Below are positions 1 to 9,244 of a stretch of 61,100 nt of DNA, piece after piece. Origin of the DNA: an uncultured delta proteobacterium (GTDB lineage: Bacteria > Desulfobacterota > RBG-13-43-22); assembly GCA_963802945.1 (NCBI GenBank), contig CAWDKY010000026.1, positions 1 to 61,100 on the forward strand, read 5' to 3'. Below the pieces are notes generated by a model. That model made no database searches and had not been told where the DNA came from. It was given only the letters and a program-made list of their open reading frames with translations. The translations under genes and the position numbers were made by a program. Every line of letters starts with the position of its first letter. The stretch's first letter is position 1.

Positions 1-1028
1 ATGATCGACTCCACGTTGTCGTTCAGGCACAAGGTGCCGAAGGCTCCCAAGTTCTCATACTCGGGCCGGTAGGTCTCTTTGAGCGGCCATTCGCCTTCGT
101 TGACTTCATAATCGGCCCCGCAGCCAATAACACAATTGGCGCAGGCATACTTCTTGGTCCTGTACTTCTTGTCCGCGTGAATGGTGTCCAGTTTATGAGC
201 CCTTTCTTCACCGAAATCGACAATGCCGACCCCTCCCCAATTTTTTACCGGGGTGTCCCCGGAAAGGGCATTAGCCCCAGTTCCCATGCCGGTACCCAAT
301 TCTCCAAAAGCCTTGACAATCGGGGCCATCGGCCCATCCTTCATAGCTGTCCTGACGGAATCGTTGATCTCTTTAAGTTTTTCAGGGTCGGCCACCGGCA
401 CCTCTTGCTTTCCCCGAACAACGACGGCCTTAAGTTTTTTTGCTCCCATAACGGCCCCTGGGCCGCCCCGGCCGGCTGCCCGGTGATGATCGTTCATGAC
501 ACAAGCCATTAAGGACAACTTTTCTCCGGCAGGGCCTATAAGTGCGGCTCGAAGCATTTTATCCCCATGTTCTTCAATCAAGGCCTCCACGGTCTCGGTG
601 CAGTCTTTGCCCCATAATTTCGAGGCATCCCGGATCTCGGCCTGGCCGTCTTTGATCCAGATATAGACCGGTTTATCAGTCGCCCCGGATACGAAAACGG
701 CATCGAATCCGGCTTTTTTAAGTTCCGGCCCAAAAAAGCCGCCGGAGTTGGCATCGTTCCAGCCTCCCGTTACAGGTGATTTGCAGACAACGGTGTAACG
801 CCCTCCCATGAAGGCCCCGGTGCCGTTCAAAGGGCCGGTTACAAAGCCGATAACATTATCCGGGCCCAGGGGATCCACTCCCGGTTTCATCAGATCGTAA
901 AGAACTCGGGCGCCGATTCCATAGCCGCCGATAAATCGTTTGGCCATCTCTTCGCTGAGTTCTTTTTCCTCGATTTTTCCTGTGGTCAGGTCCACGAAAA
1001 GCATTTTGCCGGCATATCCACCCTTCAT
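1..1028 (-). CDS. aor: Aldehyde:ferredoxin oxidoreductase (W/Mo-pterin), 5' part; runs off the left edge
   Basis: Manual translation: MKGGYAGKMLFVDLTTGKIEE...GVDPLGPDNVIGFVTGPLNGT...KSPVTGGWNDANSGGFFGPELKKAGFDA...RAAGRGGPGAVMGAKKLKAVVVRG; GGAGG RBS upstream; alternative ATG at 1034. Not in the ORF track because there is no stop in the window. Confidence 0.9.
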   Translation of the reverse strand, partial: MKGGYAGKMLFVDLTTGKIEEKELSEEMAKRFIGGYGIGARVLYDLMKPGVDPLGPDNVIGFVTGPLNGTGAFMGGRYTVVCKSPVTGGWNDANSGGFFGPELKKAGFDAVFVSGATDKPVYIWIKDGQAEIRDASKLWGKDCTETVEALIEEHGDKMLRAALIGPAGEKLSLMACVMNDHHRAAGRGGPGAVMGAKKLKAVVVRGKQEVPVADPEKLKEINDSVRTAMKDGPMAPIVKAFGELGTGMGTGANALSGDTPVKNWGGVGIVDFGEERAHKLDTIHADKKYRTKKYACANCVIGCGADYEVNEGEWPLKETYRPEYENLGAFGTLCLNDNVESI

Positions 1029-1499
1029 TTCCATTCCTCCTTAACCCTCTCAGTCTAATTGGAGAAAGCAAGCTTCTTTTCCCCATCCATAGGCTCAATA
1101 AGTCTATTATGTCAAAAATGACATAACGAATTAAAATCAAAAGAATATTTTGAACAGTAATTATAAAGGATTTCTAAAATTCAGTCAATAAGATAAAATT
1201 CATCACAGTATGGGTGTAGAATTTTAAAGATGGGAGAGAAGGCCGAAATGAATAATCCTCCTAATTCTGTATATCATGTCGCTTGGAAGAAAATACATAC
1301 CTCAAATTTTAAGCGATAAAATCATTTGTTAAGATAATATTTATCATTTATAATAAGTTACAAATAATCTGAGGGGGTAGGCAAACCATAAGTCATCTCA
1401 AACAGAATAATGATCAGGGTTGCCTTCCACAATTTAGACTGTAAAATGTAGTGTTATCCAGAAAAACTATAGAATAACTTGTTGGGGTAAAGGTGAGAA

Positions 1500-2003
1500 A
1501 TGGGCACAGGACGCAACAATAAACTTGTCGGACAAACCGGTGAATATCTTGTTGCAGCTGAACTCTCCCGAAGAGGACTGATCGCAACCACATTTACTGG
1601 AAACGTGCCTTACTATGACATCATTGCCTCAGATGAGGATGGCAGGCATGTTTCAGTTCAAGTTAAAGCCAGTCGATGGCCTTCTTGGCAATTTGGCGAC
1701 ATCACGCAGTTCTGCGATATTTCGTTCAATAGAAAGCACCAAATTGTGGGAAGACCAAAGCTATGCCCAGTTCTGCGCCTCATCGTGGTTTTCGTTATCA
1801 TTGATGCAGATGGCGCTGACCGGTTCTACATCCTGACTTGGCGCAGGTTACGCGATTTAATCGTAAGAGGCCACAAGGCTTATCTTGCGAGGCATGGCGG
1901 TAAGCGTGCTGAAAAATGGGATTCCTTGCACAGTGCCATCACAGAGAAGACTTTGAAACCATATAAGGATAAGTGGTCCATCATCGAAGAAAACCTAATG
2001 TAA
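1500..2003 (+). CDS. PD-(D/E)xK nuclease-like protein
   Basis: GEYLVAAEL...YDIIA...VQVK follows the E...D...QxK nuclease pattern. Confidence 0.7.
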   Translation: MGTGRNNKLVGQTGEYLVAAELSRRGLIATTFTGNVPYYDIIASDEDGRHVSVQVKASRWPSWQFGDITQFCDISFNRKHQIVGRPKLCPVLRLIVVFVIIDADGADRFYILTWRRLRDLIVRGHKAYLARHGGKRAEKWDSLHSAITEKTLKPYKDKWSIIEENLM

Positions 2004-2010
2004 GAAAGAA

Positions 2011-2072
2011 AACACCAATCGGCTACAATAGATCGCCGAAAAGGCTGGTTTCCACTAAGCCGTAAGTAAGGA
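2011..2072 (+). other. Highly degenerate attC-like site
   Basis: Directly after a stop codon; CGGCT(2020-24)/AGCCG(2058-62) arms; ends GTAAGG (eroded GTTRRRY). Confidence 0.3.
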
Positions 2073-2088
2073 TTTGCATGGAGGGAAT

Positions 2089-2955
2089 ATGAGTGACATT
2101 TTTTTTCCGGAGAAAATAGGCATTCGTGCAGCGCAGAAAGACGAGTATTGGCTTCAGGACCAGATTTGGGAGAATCCTTCGATTCTTACTTTGGGAGATT
2201 TGCAGCCCATAAATAGGGAAAAGAAGCAATCAAGCGGTGGAAAACTGGACATTTTGCTAAAAGACCCCCGTGATAATTCAATGTATGAAGTCGAGGTAAT
2301 GTTGGGCGAGACTGATCCTTCTCACATCATAAGGACCATAGAATACTGGGACATAGAAAGGCGGAAATGGCCATCAAGACAACATTATGCCGTTCTTGTT
2401 GCAGAATCCATATCGAGACGGTTCTTCAATGTTATCCAGCTGTTGAGCTTAAGTATACCAATGAAAGCCTTGCAAGTAGAACTGTTAAAGATTGGTGACC
2501 AATTGGCCCTCAATTTCGTGAAGGTTCTTGATTCTTACGAGGAGCCAGAAGAACAAGAAACGATTAATGAGGTCGATGAAAGCTACTGGGTTAAACATTC
2601 CTCCTGGACACTGGAATTGGCTCGATACTTTCTTGAAAAGCTTCGACCAGTTTTTCCGAACCTGGAACTGAATTGTGTTAAAAGCTACATTGCGATCTGG
2701 GATGGAAGGCGGAACTTGTTTGGCCTACACAAGAGGAGTAATCCTAGGTCGCTGATGATCTTCAACGAAAGGGACCTATCTGCAGTTGAACTGATCAAAG
2801 ACCGATTAGACAAAGCCAATATCACCTATGACTACAATAAATACAATGACTTTGTCGTTTATGTGGATAAAGCTGTCGTGTCAAACAATGCCGGAATCTT
2901 CATTGATATCATGAAAACGCGTCGAAAGATCGAAACAGAAAATGAAGCATCCTAA
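2089..2955 (+). CDS. NucS/DUF91-like endonuclease-domain protein
   Basis: EYWLQDQIWENP...GGKLDILL...YEVEVM...HIIRTIEYW motif. Confidence 0.7.
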   Translation: MSDIFFPEKIGIRAAQKDEYWLQDQIWENPSILTLGDLQPINREKKQSSGGKLDILLKDPRDNSMYEVEVMLGETDPSHIIRTIEYWDIERRKWPSRQHYAVLVAESISRRFFNVIQLLSLSIPMKALQVELLKIGDQLALNFVKVLDSYEEPEEQETINEVDESYWVKHSSWTLELARYFLEKLRPVFPNLELNCVKSYIAIWDGRRNLFGLHKRSNPRSLMIFNERDLSAVELIKDRLDKANITYDYNKYNDFVVYVDKAVVSNNAGIFIDIMKTRRKIETENEAS

Positions 2956-3008
2956 CTAAAAAATTCAACGGACTCATAATGACGCGCCGCTGATTTAATC
3001 CGTAAAAT
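2950..3008 (+). other. attC-like site
   Basis: TCCTAAC overlaps the stop; AAATTCAACGG/CCGCTGATTT arms with an unpaired base; ends GTAAAAT (GTT eroded). Confidence 0.55.
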
Positions 3009-3558
3009 GATACATCAAATAATAAAAGTGGATAATAATATTGAAAAATTAGAATCTCATCTTTATTCATGGGATCTTGAAGACTTAACCTTTACAGAAC
3101 GTTTTTTTGATCTTGCAGAAGCTTATCTTTCTTGTAGTCGCCATTTGTTTAAAGCTTTTCTAAATGAAGCTCTTAATCCTATCAATTACAGTCATTCTCA
3201 AGTAGCTGCCTTTTTATTTGAACACTCTATTGAACTCTTTTTAAAAGGGGCAATTTTACAGGCAGGTAAAAATCTAACTAATACCCATAATTCGGAACAA
3301 TTATATAATGAATTTAAAAAACTTTATCCGGGGAAAAAGTTTACATTTAAAGGGAAGATTGAAGAAGCAACAAAAGACAACCCGTCAAGGCCAACTAGTG
3401 AATATGCACGATATCCAATAGATAGTTCAAAAAATTTATGGCCTGGAAATTCTCATATTATATTAGAAATTTGGTTAGAGCAAGTTGAGTTATTTCACCA
3501 AGATTTTGAAAAATTGATACCTTTAATTAAAGAACGATATCCAGAAAAAGGTAGCTAA
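3007..3558 (+). CDS. HEPN-like domain protein (AT-rich)
   Basis: AFLFEHSIELFLKG...THN..LY...EYARYP pattern. Confidence 0.6.
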   Translation: MIHQIIKVDNNIEKLESHLYSWDLEDLTFTERFFDLAEAYLSCSRHLFKAFLNEALNPINYSHSQVAAFLFEHSIELFLKGAILQAGKNLTNTHNSEQLYNEFKKLYPGKKFTFKGKIEEATKDNPSRPTSEYARYPIDSSKNLWPGNSHIILEIWLEQVELFHQDFEKLIPLIKERYPEKGS

Positions 3559-3624
3559 CGATTTCATGTACCAGATGAGCAATTCGCTGGCGCCCAATTC
3601 CCACTGGTGATGATATCGTTATGT
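3553..3624 (+). other. attC-like site (best preserved, 72 bp)
   Basis: AGCTAAC-GATTTCAT-GTACCAG...CTGGTG-ATGATATC-GTTATGT: AAC/GTT cores with paired inner boxes; overlaps the upstream stop. Confidence 0.7.
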
Positions 3625-3712
3625 TGCCTGAAGGAATATTGCTGTGGAAACCCGAACTCAAAAACTGACGGAACAGATTAATCGCCTCCTCTCCAAGTTT
3701 CCTCATGGGGGT

Positions 3713-3817
3713 GGGGTCAAATTTCTTATCTTGAAAATTCAAAACGTTTCTTTAGAAAAAAAGGTTTTTTATGAGGAGTGCGCGTCTGCCTAAAGTCAAG
3801 GATAAAAATTTGACCCC
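3713..3817. repeat. ~105 bp MITE-like element, copy 1
   Basis: Ends GGGGTCAAATTTCTTATCTTGA / TCAAGGATAAAAATTTGACCCC; interior very similar to 5382-5487. Confidence 0.8.
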
Positions 3818-3886
3818 GTTTTTGTAACTCAAAGCGGCGTGACGCGCCGGTGACCATTGTGTTATCCCTGAAAAGAAGGAGAAAAA

Positions 3887-4375
3887 ATGCAGGACATTAG
3901 AGAGTTATTGGCAATACTCAGAATATCGCCAAAGATATTATCTGAATTCGTACAAACCATCCCGGAAGGCAAATTGGATGTACGAAGAGGAGAAGGCTTC
4001 TGGACGGTCGCGGAACATGTCAGCCACTTAGCTCAAACTCAGCCTATGCTGTTAAAGCGCATTGAACGATTCATGACTGAAGACCACCCGGAGTTCATCC
4101 CGTACTTCCCCGGGAAAGAGGAGGAAGACTACGACCCCTCTTCTCTTAAGGATACGGGAGAAAGCCTCCAGCAGTTTGCACAGGGCAGGGAAAAACAAAT
4201 CGAGCTCCTTGAAAAAGCAGACGAGGCCACCTGGAAAAAGACAGCGACACACCCCGAATATGAGGAGTATTCCCTCTATATAATGACCAGGCACGTTCTG
4301 ATGCATGATTACTGGCATATGTACCGTATGGAGGAGCTTTGGCTGACCAGAGACCCCTATCTAACAAAGCTATAA
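3887..4375 (+). CDS. DinB family protein
   Basis: WTVAEHVSHL and HDYWH metal-binding motifs. Confidence 0.85.
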   Translation: MQDIRELLAILRISPKILSEFVQTIPEGKLDVRRGEGFWTVAEHVSHLAQTQPMLLKRIERFMTEDHPEFIPYFPGKEEEDYDPSSLKDTGESLQQFAQGREKQIELLEKADEATWKKTATHPEYEEYSLYIMTRHVLMHDYWHMYRMEELWLTRDPYLTKL

Positions 4376-4392
4376 AGCAGAAAACGCACACT

Positions 4393-4485
4393 GGGGGCAA
4401 ATCTTTTATCTTTACATTTCGGCCCCTATTGCGAGTTTGCATTTAAAGGACATGAAGGAAATGTTAAGCGTAAAGGTCCAACCCT
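4393..4485. repeat. Degenerate copy of the GGGGTCAAAT MITE family
   Basis: GGGGGCAAATCTTTTATCTTTACA matches the left end of the 5382 copy; right end eroded. Confidence 0.5.
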
Positions 4486-4542
4486 AAATTTCCCTGTGAC
4501 CAGTATTCGATTTAAAGAGACTAATGAAGAAAGGAAAAAACT

Positions 4543-5355
4543 ATGAATCTGGAAACCGTACTGTATGATGTCAAAGAAAACATCGCCCAAATCACCATGA
4601 ATCGTCCCGACAAACGTAATGCTTTAAACCGTCAAATGCTTGAAGATCTGGATGCCGCCTTTGCCGAGGCGGATAAGGACCGCAACGTCAAGGCCGTAAT
4701 CCTGGCGGGAGCAGGACCATCATTCAGCTCGGGATATGATCTTAAGGGGAGCCCCTATACCAGCATCCCCGAGGGCTACGATCAATGGACCACAGATAAT
4801 GCCATTCGCACCCTGCGTAAGATCAGCGAACGGTATCAGATGATCATGTACTTCCCCAAGCCGGTTGTGGCCAAGGTCCAGGGGTATTGTGTGGCTGCCG
4901 GCTGTTACCTCCAGATGTGTTGTGATATAGCCATCGCTTCGGAGAATGCCGTCCTGGGACATCCGGCCACACGCAGCGGAGGAGTGACCAGCATGCCCCT
5001 TTGGGTAACCCTGTTGGGCTTGCGCAAAGCCAAGGAATTGCTTATGACCTCAAAACTCATCTCCGGTAAGGAAGCGGAGAAGATCGGCCTGGTGAATTAT
5101 TGTGTGCCTGAGGACAAGCTGGAGGAAGCGGTCTGGAAAGAAGCCAAGCTGATGGCCGAAGTCCCGGCAGACGGTATGATTATCCTGAAAGAAGCCCTGA
5201 ACACCCATTTGAGGATTCTCGGCATCGATGCGGAATTCACCTATCATCGACAGTTGAATGCAATGGGACGGGTAGGTCGCAGGCAAGGTTACGGTTTGAG
5301 TGTTGAGGCCGCAAGACAACAGTCCAAAGGACAAACTCCGGTCGAACCTAAATAA
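4543..5355 (+). CDS. Enoyl-CoA hydratase/isomerase (crotonase) family
   Basis: ITMNRPDKRNALN, FSSGYDL, KPVVAKVQGYCVAAG. Confidence 0.9.
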   Translation: MNLETVLYDVKENIAQITMNRPDKRNALNRQMLEDLDAAFAEADKDRNVKAVILAGAGPSFSSGYDLKGSPYTSIPEGYDQWTTDNAIRTLRKISERYQMIMYFPKPVVAKVQGYCVAAGCYLQMCCDIAIASENAVLGHPATRSGGVTSMPLWVTLLGLRKAKELLMTSKLISGKEAEKIGLVNYCVPEDKLEEAVWKEAKLMAEVPADGMIILKEALNTHLRILGIDAEFTYHRQLNAMGRVGRRQGYGLSVEAARQQSKGQTPVEPK

Positions 5356-5381
5356 TAGAAACAGAAGAATTATCGGTCACT

Positions 5382-5487
5382 GGGGTCAAATCTTTTATCT
5401 TTACAATTCATAATGTTTCTTTAGAAAAAAAGGATTTTTTATGAGGAGTGCGTGCCAGCCAAAAGTCTAGGATAAAGATTTGGCCCC
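5382..5487. repeat. ~105 bp MITE-like element, copy 2
   Basis: GGGGTCAAATCTTTTATC...GATAAAGATTTGGCCCC; shares TTTCTTTAGAAAAAAAGG..TTTTTATGAGGAGTGCG with copy 1. Confidence 0.8.
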
Positions 5488-5508
5488 ATTTTTAGTTAAT
5501 GGAGAAAA

Positions 5509-6177
5509 ATGAATAGGAAAACATTGCTGAGTTGGAGTAGCGGTAAGGATAGTGCCTGGGCGCTTCACCTGCTCCAACAAGACCCGACGATTGCGGTTCT
5601 CGGTCTTTTTACCGTCATGAACCAGAAATACAACCGTGTGTCCATGCACGCCACGCGATTGGAAATGCTGGAGCGGCAGGCTGCCGCCGTGGGACTGCCG
5701 CTCCAGACGATCTATCTTCCCGATCCATGCACCATGGGGCAGAGCGACGAGATCATGCGGCAGTTCGTGATGGAGTCCGCCGCCAAGGGGATTGAATGCC
5801 TGGCCTTTGGAGACTTGTTCCTTGAGGACGTCCGCAAATATCGAGAGAACCAACTGAAAGGAACTGGGATTGAACCCGTTTTCCCTTTGTGGGCAATCCC
5901 CACGAGAGAACTGGCGGAGCAAATGCTGTCAGCAGGACTGGAAGCCTATGTCAGTAGTGTTGATCTCAAAAAACTGCCATCGCATTTTGCCGGAAGGAAA
6001 TGGGCAAGGGAGTTGGTTGCAGAACTCCCACAGGATTGTGACCCATGTGGAGAGAACGGAGAGATTCATACCGTCGTTACGGGAGGTCCCATGTTTCGGA
6101 AGCCGATCCCAGTCAACGTTGGCGAGATGGTTGAACGGGATGGGTTCGCTTACGTTGACATCATTCCCGTGATCTGA
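5509..6177 (+). CDS. PP-loop ATPase, diphthamide synthase (Dph6/MJ0570)-like
   Basis: SWSSGKDS, FGDLFLEDVRKYRE, DPCGENGEIHT. Confidence 0.9.
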   Translation: MNRKTLLSWSSGKDSAWALHLLQQDPTIAVLGLFTVMNQKYNRVSMHATRLEMLERQAAAVGLPLQTIYLPDPCTMGQSDEIMRQFVMESAAKGIECLAFGDLFLEDVRKYRENQLKGTGIEPVFPLWAIPTRELAEQMLSAGLEAYVSSVDLKKLPSHFAGRKWARELVAELPQDCDPCGENGEIHTVVTGGPMFRKPIPVNVGEMVERDGFAYVDIIPVI

Positions 6178-6321
6178 AACGATTGTCGAACAAGGCCTCG
6201 CACTTTGCGTCGTATTCGGCGCAGAGATGAAGGCGGATATCGGCGCCGACTGCGTCGTCGCCAATGCGGATCACATAGTTCATAAGGATCGGCGACTAGA
6301 TTTCTTTAGGAGGTATCAGGC

Positions 6322-7086
6322 ATGAGTAATTCCCATATGTTTCGGGCTAATTATGGTCTGGATGCCCCAGGCGTTGTTGCAGGGCTCTCCATCGGAGGAC
6401 TGGCCTGCCTTCTGATAGGGTTTCTCTTTCGTATCCTTGGCGGTCCTCAGCACTCCGTGTTGGTGATCTCGGTTTTTGTCTCAGGCGTTCTGGCAGGCGG
6501 CGGCATGCTCTTTGTTGCCGCCGTAATGTTATGGAGCAGCAAATCCGGCAAGCTTCTTGAGTGCAGGCGTCTCATTCGCTCTCTTCAGATCAAGGAGCAT
6601 GAGAACATCCTCGATGTAGGGTGCGGTCGCGGATTGCTATTGATCGAAGCCGCGAAGTACCTTAAATCAGGTAAAGCTATAGGAGTCGACCTCTGGCAGA
6701 GTCGAGACCTATCAGGTAATACAGCGGAGGCGGCTCTCGCGAATGCACGGATTGAGAACGTTGCTGATCGTGTTGAGATTAGGACGGGAGATATGTGCTC
6801 CCTGCCGATGGAAAATGACAGCGTTGATGTTGTTGTCTCAAGCCTGGCCATACACAACATCCCAACCCAAGAAGGCCGGGTTCAAGCTATTGAAGAAATT
6901 GCAAGGGTGCTGAGACCTGGAGGCCGTGTGGCCCTTCTTGACTTACACTGCACACACGAGTACGCAGGGACCCTTAGGCGTTTGGGATGGTCGCCAGTGG
7001 AACGGTCAGGACTCATCTTTTTATTTTTTCACCCTGTTCGGGTTGTCTACGGGACAAAGCCAAAAAGGCCATTGGAAGGGTCATAA
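6322..7086 (+). CDS. Class I SAM-dependent methyltransferase with N-terminal TM helices
   Basis: ILDVGCGRG, EIARVLRPGG, hydrophobic N-terminus. Confidence 0.9.
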   Translation: MSNSHMFRANYGLDAPGVVAGLSIGGLACLLIGFLFRILGGPQHSVLVISVFVSGVLAGGGMLFVAAVMLWSSKSGKLLECRRLIRSLQIKEHENILDVGCGRGLLLIEAAKYLKSGKAIGVDLWQSRDLSGNTAEAALANARIENVADRVEIRTGDMCSLPMENDSVDVVVSSLAIHNIPTQEGRVQAIEEIARVLRPGGRVALLDLHCTHEYAGTLRRLGWSPVERSGLIFLFFHPVRVVYGTKPKRPLEGS

Positions 7087-7136
7087 CGAGTCGTTCCACT
7101 GGAGCGCTATCGCTCCCGGTAAACTTTGTGTTACCT
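7081..7136 (+). other. attC-like site
   Basis: TCATAAC overlaps the stop; central GGAGCG-CTAT-CGCTCC hairpin; ends GTTACCT. Confidence 0.55.
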
Positions 7137-7155
7137 ATCAAATAAACGAGGGAAT

Positions 7156-7458
7156 ATGGCACCGACGAAAGAAGAATTCATAGGGATCATTAAAGAAATC
7201 CGTGAGGTGATAGCCTCTGATGAATGTACTGAATGTTCATGCTTTAATATCAGATGCGAATTACACGGAGATTGTTACAATTGCGTAAGAGTTTACAGAC
7301 ACTTTGGTCACCAGGTGCCAAGATGTCTTCAGTTCGTTTTAGATAAGAAGAGCGCAAGCATTTCCCAAACCATGGAAAAAGAAATGGGAAAAAGGCCGAA
7401 AACACCTGATGAATATTATGATTATTTAAAGGCGATAATGCCTAAAGCCGATATTTAG
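7156..7458 (+). CDS. Small Cys-rich hypothetical protein
   Basis: CTECSC..CELHGDCYNC..VPRCL; GAGG RBS. Confidence 0.65.
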   Translation: MAPTKEEFIGIIKEIREVIASDECTECSCFNIRCELHGDCYNCVRVYRHFGHQVPRCLQFVLDKKSASISQTMEKEMGKRPKTPDEYYDYLKAIMPKADI

Positions 7459-7469
7459 TCACTTCCAGG

Positions 7470-8051
7470 CTATTTTTTTTGGGGCTCGTATTTATAACCT
7501 GTACCGATCAATATATCCCATAACGGAGTGGTAACACCGAAGTTAGTATCGGGATGGTGGTGATGGATATGATGATTGGCCGCCCAGTCTCGGGCGAAAA
7601 CATAATGAAAACGGTGGTGGTGGATGGTGAAATGACTCAGCCCATAAGTGACGTAGCCGAGAGCCACGGTACCGGTCAATATAAAGGCATAGTTCCCGGG
7701 CATAAACAAAACAAATAGGCCTATAAGACCCAGCAGTATCAAGGCGGGCACAAAAAAAGGTAAGGCGTCATAGCCCAAGGGATTCACGTGATGCAGGTGG
7801 TGACTCTGGGCTATGATCTGCACAGATCCGTGAAACAGCCAGCGGTGAATGGCGTATTCAAAAAAACTGAAAAGGAACAGGCCAAACAGGATGGTCAGAA
7901 GAACCGCGATTGGGTTGTGTTTACTAGTCCGTAGACCTGCAAAGATCAGTACCACACCCAACGGAATATCGATGGCGAATTCAGCCCAGTAATTAAACGG
8001 GGTCTTGGTCAGCTTCGTAATGGTCTTCAGAACAGTGTCGAACGGTCGCAT
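7470..8051 (-). CDS. Fatty acid hydroxylase/sterol desaturase family
   Basis: His boxes HRWLFH, HHLHH, HFTIHH, HHIHH; NFGVTTPLWD. Confidence 0.9.
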   Translation of the reverse strand: MRPFDTVLKTITKLTKTPFNYWAEFAIDIPLGVVLIFAGLRTSKHNPIAVLLTILFGLFLFSFFEYAIHRWLFHGSVQIIAQSHHLHHVNPLGYDALPFFVPALILLGLIGLFVLFMPGNYAFILTGTVALGYVTYGLSHFTIHHHRFHYVFARDWAANHHIHHHHPDTNFGVTTPLWDILIGTGYKYEPQKK

Positions 8052-8123
8052 TATTAGTTGTTCCGCCTTGGCCAGGATCGACAGCGGTAGCTGGGAGGGC
8101 TTTTGAAATAGATATCCATCCTT

Positions 8124-9041
8124 CTAACCGATGGCCAGCATTTTCTCGACGGCCGACAAAGCTTTGATTCGAATTGATTCCGGAACCGTGACTTTATGCT
8201 GCATATCCTGTAAAGCCCAGAGGACCTTTTCCAAAGTAATCTTTTTCATATTGGGGCAAACGGCTTTGCTGGTCACCGGGAAAAAATGTTTTCCGGGATT
8301 TTCTTTTTTCAGGCGGTGGAGAATGCCCGTCTCCGTTCCGATAATGAATTCTTTCGCCGAACTTTCCTTCACATAACGTATCATGCCGCCGGTGCTTATG
8401 ACTTCATCGGCCGCCTCCTTGGCATCGGGACGACATTCAGGATGCACCAATACCAAGGCACCGGGGTGTTTTTTCTTTTCTTCGGCAATTTCTTCTCCGA
8501 AAATCCGCATGTGTGTGGGGCAATACCCCGGCCATAAGTGCATTTTCCTGCCTGTTTTTTGGGCCACCCACTGCCCCAAATACTGGTCGGGAACAAAAAG
8601 AATTTCCCGATCGGCGGGTAAACTCTTCACTACTTTAACGGCGTTGGCCGAGGTACAACAGATATCCGATTCGGCTTTGACGGCCGCCGTGGAATTTACA
8701 TAACAGACGACAACAGCGCCGGGGATTTCTTTCTTCTTCTCAATCAATTTTTCCGCTGTAATCATATCGGCCATGGGACAGCCGGATTCGATCTCCGGCA
8801 ATAAGACCGTCTTCCCCGGATTGACAATATAGGCCGTTTCGGCCATAAAATGAACCCCGCAGAAAACAATGACCTCGGCGTCGGTTTTAGCCGCCTTCTG
8901 GCTTAATTCCAGAGAATCGCCGATAAAATCAGCGATATCCTGAACCTCCGGGCGCTGGTAATTATGGACCAGAATGACGGCATTTTTTTGCTTCTTCAGG
9001 CGCATAATCTCGGCAATGATTTCATTATGATCAGCGGGCAT
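8124..9041 (-). CDS. nadA: Quinolinate synthase
   Basis: [36 protein letters not shown]. Confidence 0.97.
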   Translation of the reverse strand: MPADHNEIIAEIMRLKKQKNAVILVHNYQRPEVQDIADFIGDSLELSQKAAKTDAEVIVFCGVHFMAETAYIVNPGKTVLLPEIESGCPMADMITAEKLIEKKKEIPGAVVVCYVNSTAAVKAESDICCTSANAVKVVKSLPADREILFVPDQYLGQWVAQKTGRKMHLWPGYCPTHMRIFGEEIAEEKKKHPGALVLVHPECRPDAKEAADEVISTGGMIRYVKESSAKEFIIGTETGILHRLKKENPGKHFFPVTSKAVCPNMKKITLEKVLWALQDMQHKVTVPESIRIKALSAVEKMLAIG

Positions 9042-9118
9042 TATCCATCCCTCCAATTTAAACCCAGGCCCTTATGGGCGCTACGATGCCTTGCAAAAGA
9101 ATTCAGGTAATGAAGACC

Positions 9119-9186
9119 AAAGGTGCAAGGCGCAAGGTTCAAGGTCCAAGGAAAAACCTTATACCATATACCTTAAACCTTATACC
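9119..9186. repeat. Heptamer tandem repeats in inverted arrangement
   Basis: AAGGTGC-AAGGCGC-AAGGTTC-AAGGTCC followed by ACCTTAT-ACCATAT-ACCTTAA-ACCTTAT. Confidence 0.7.
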
Positions 9187-9244
9187 GATAACATTTTAAA
9201 CTCTAATCTCATCGAATATTATTTTCATTTTGAAATGAAAACCA

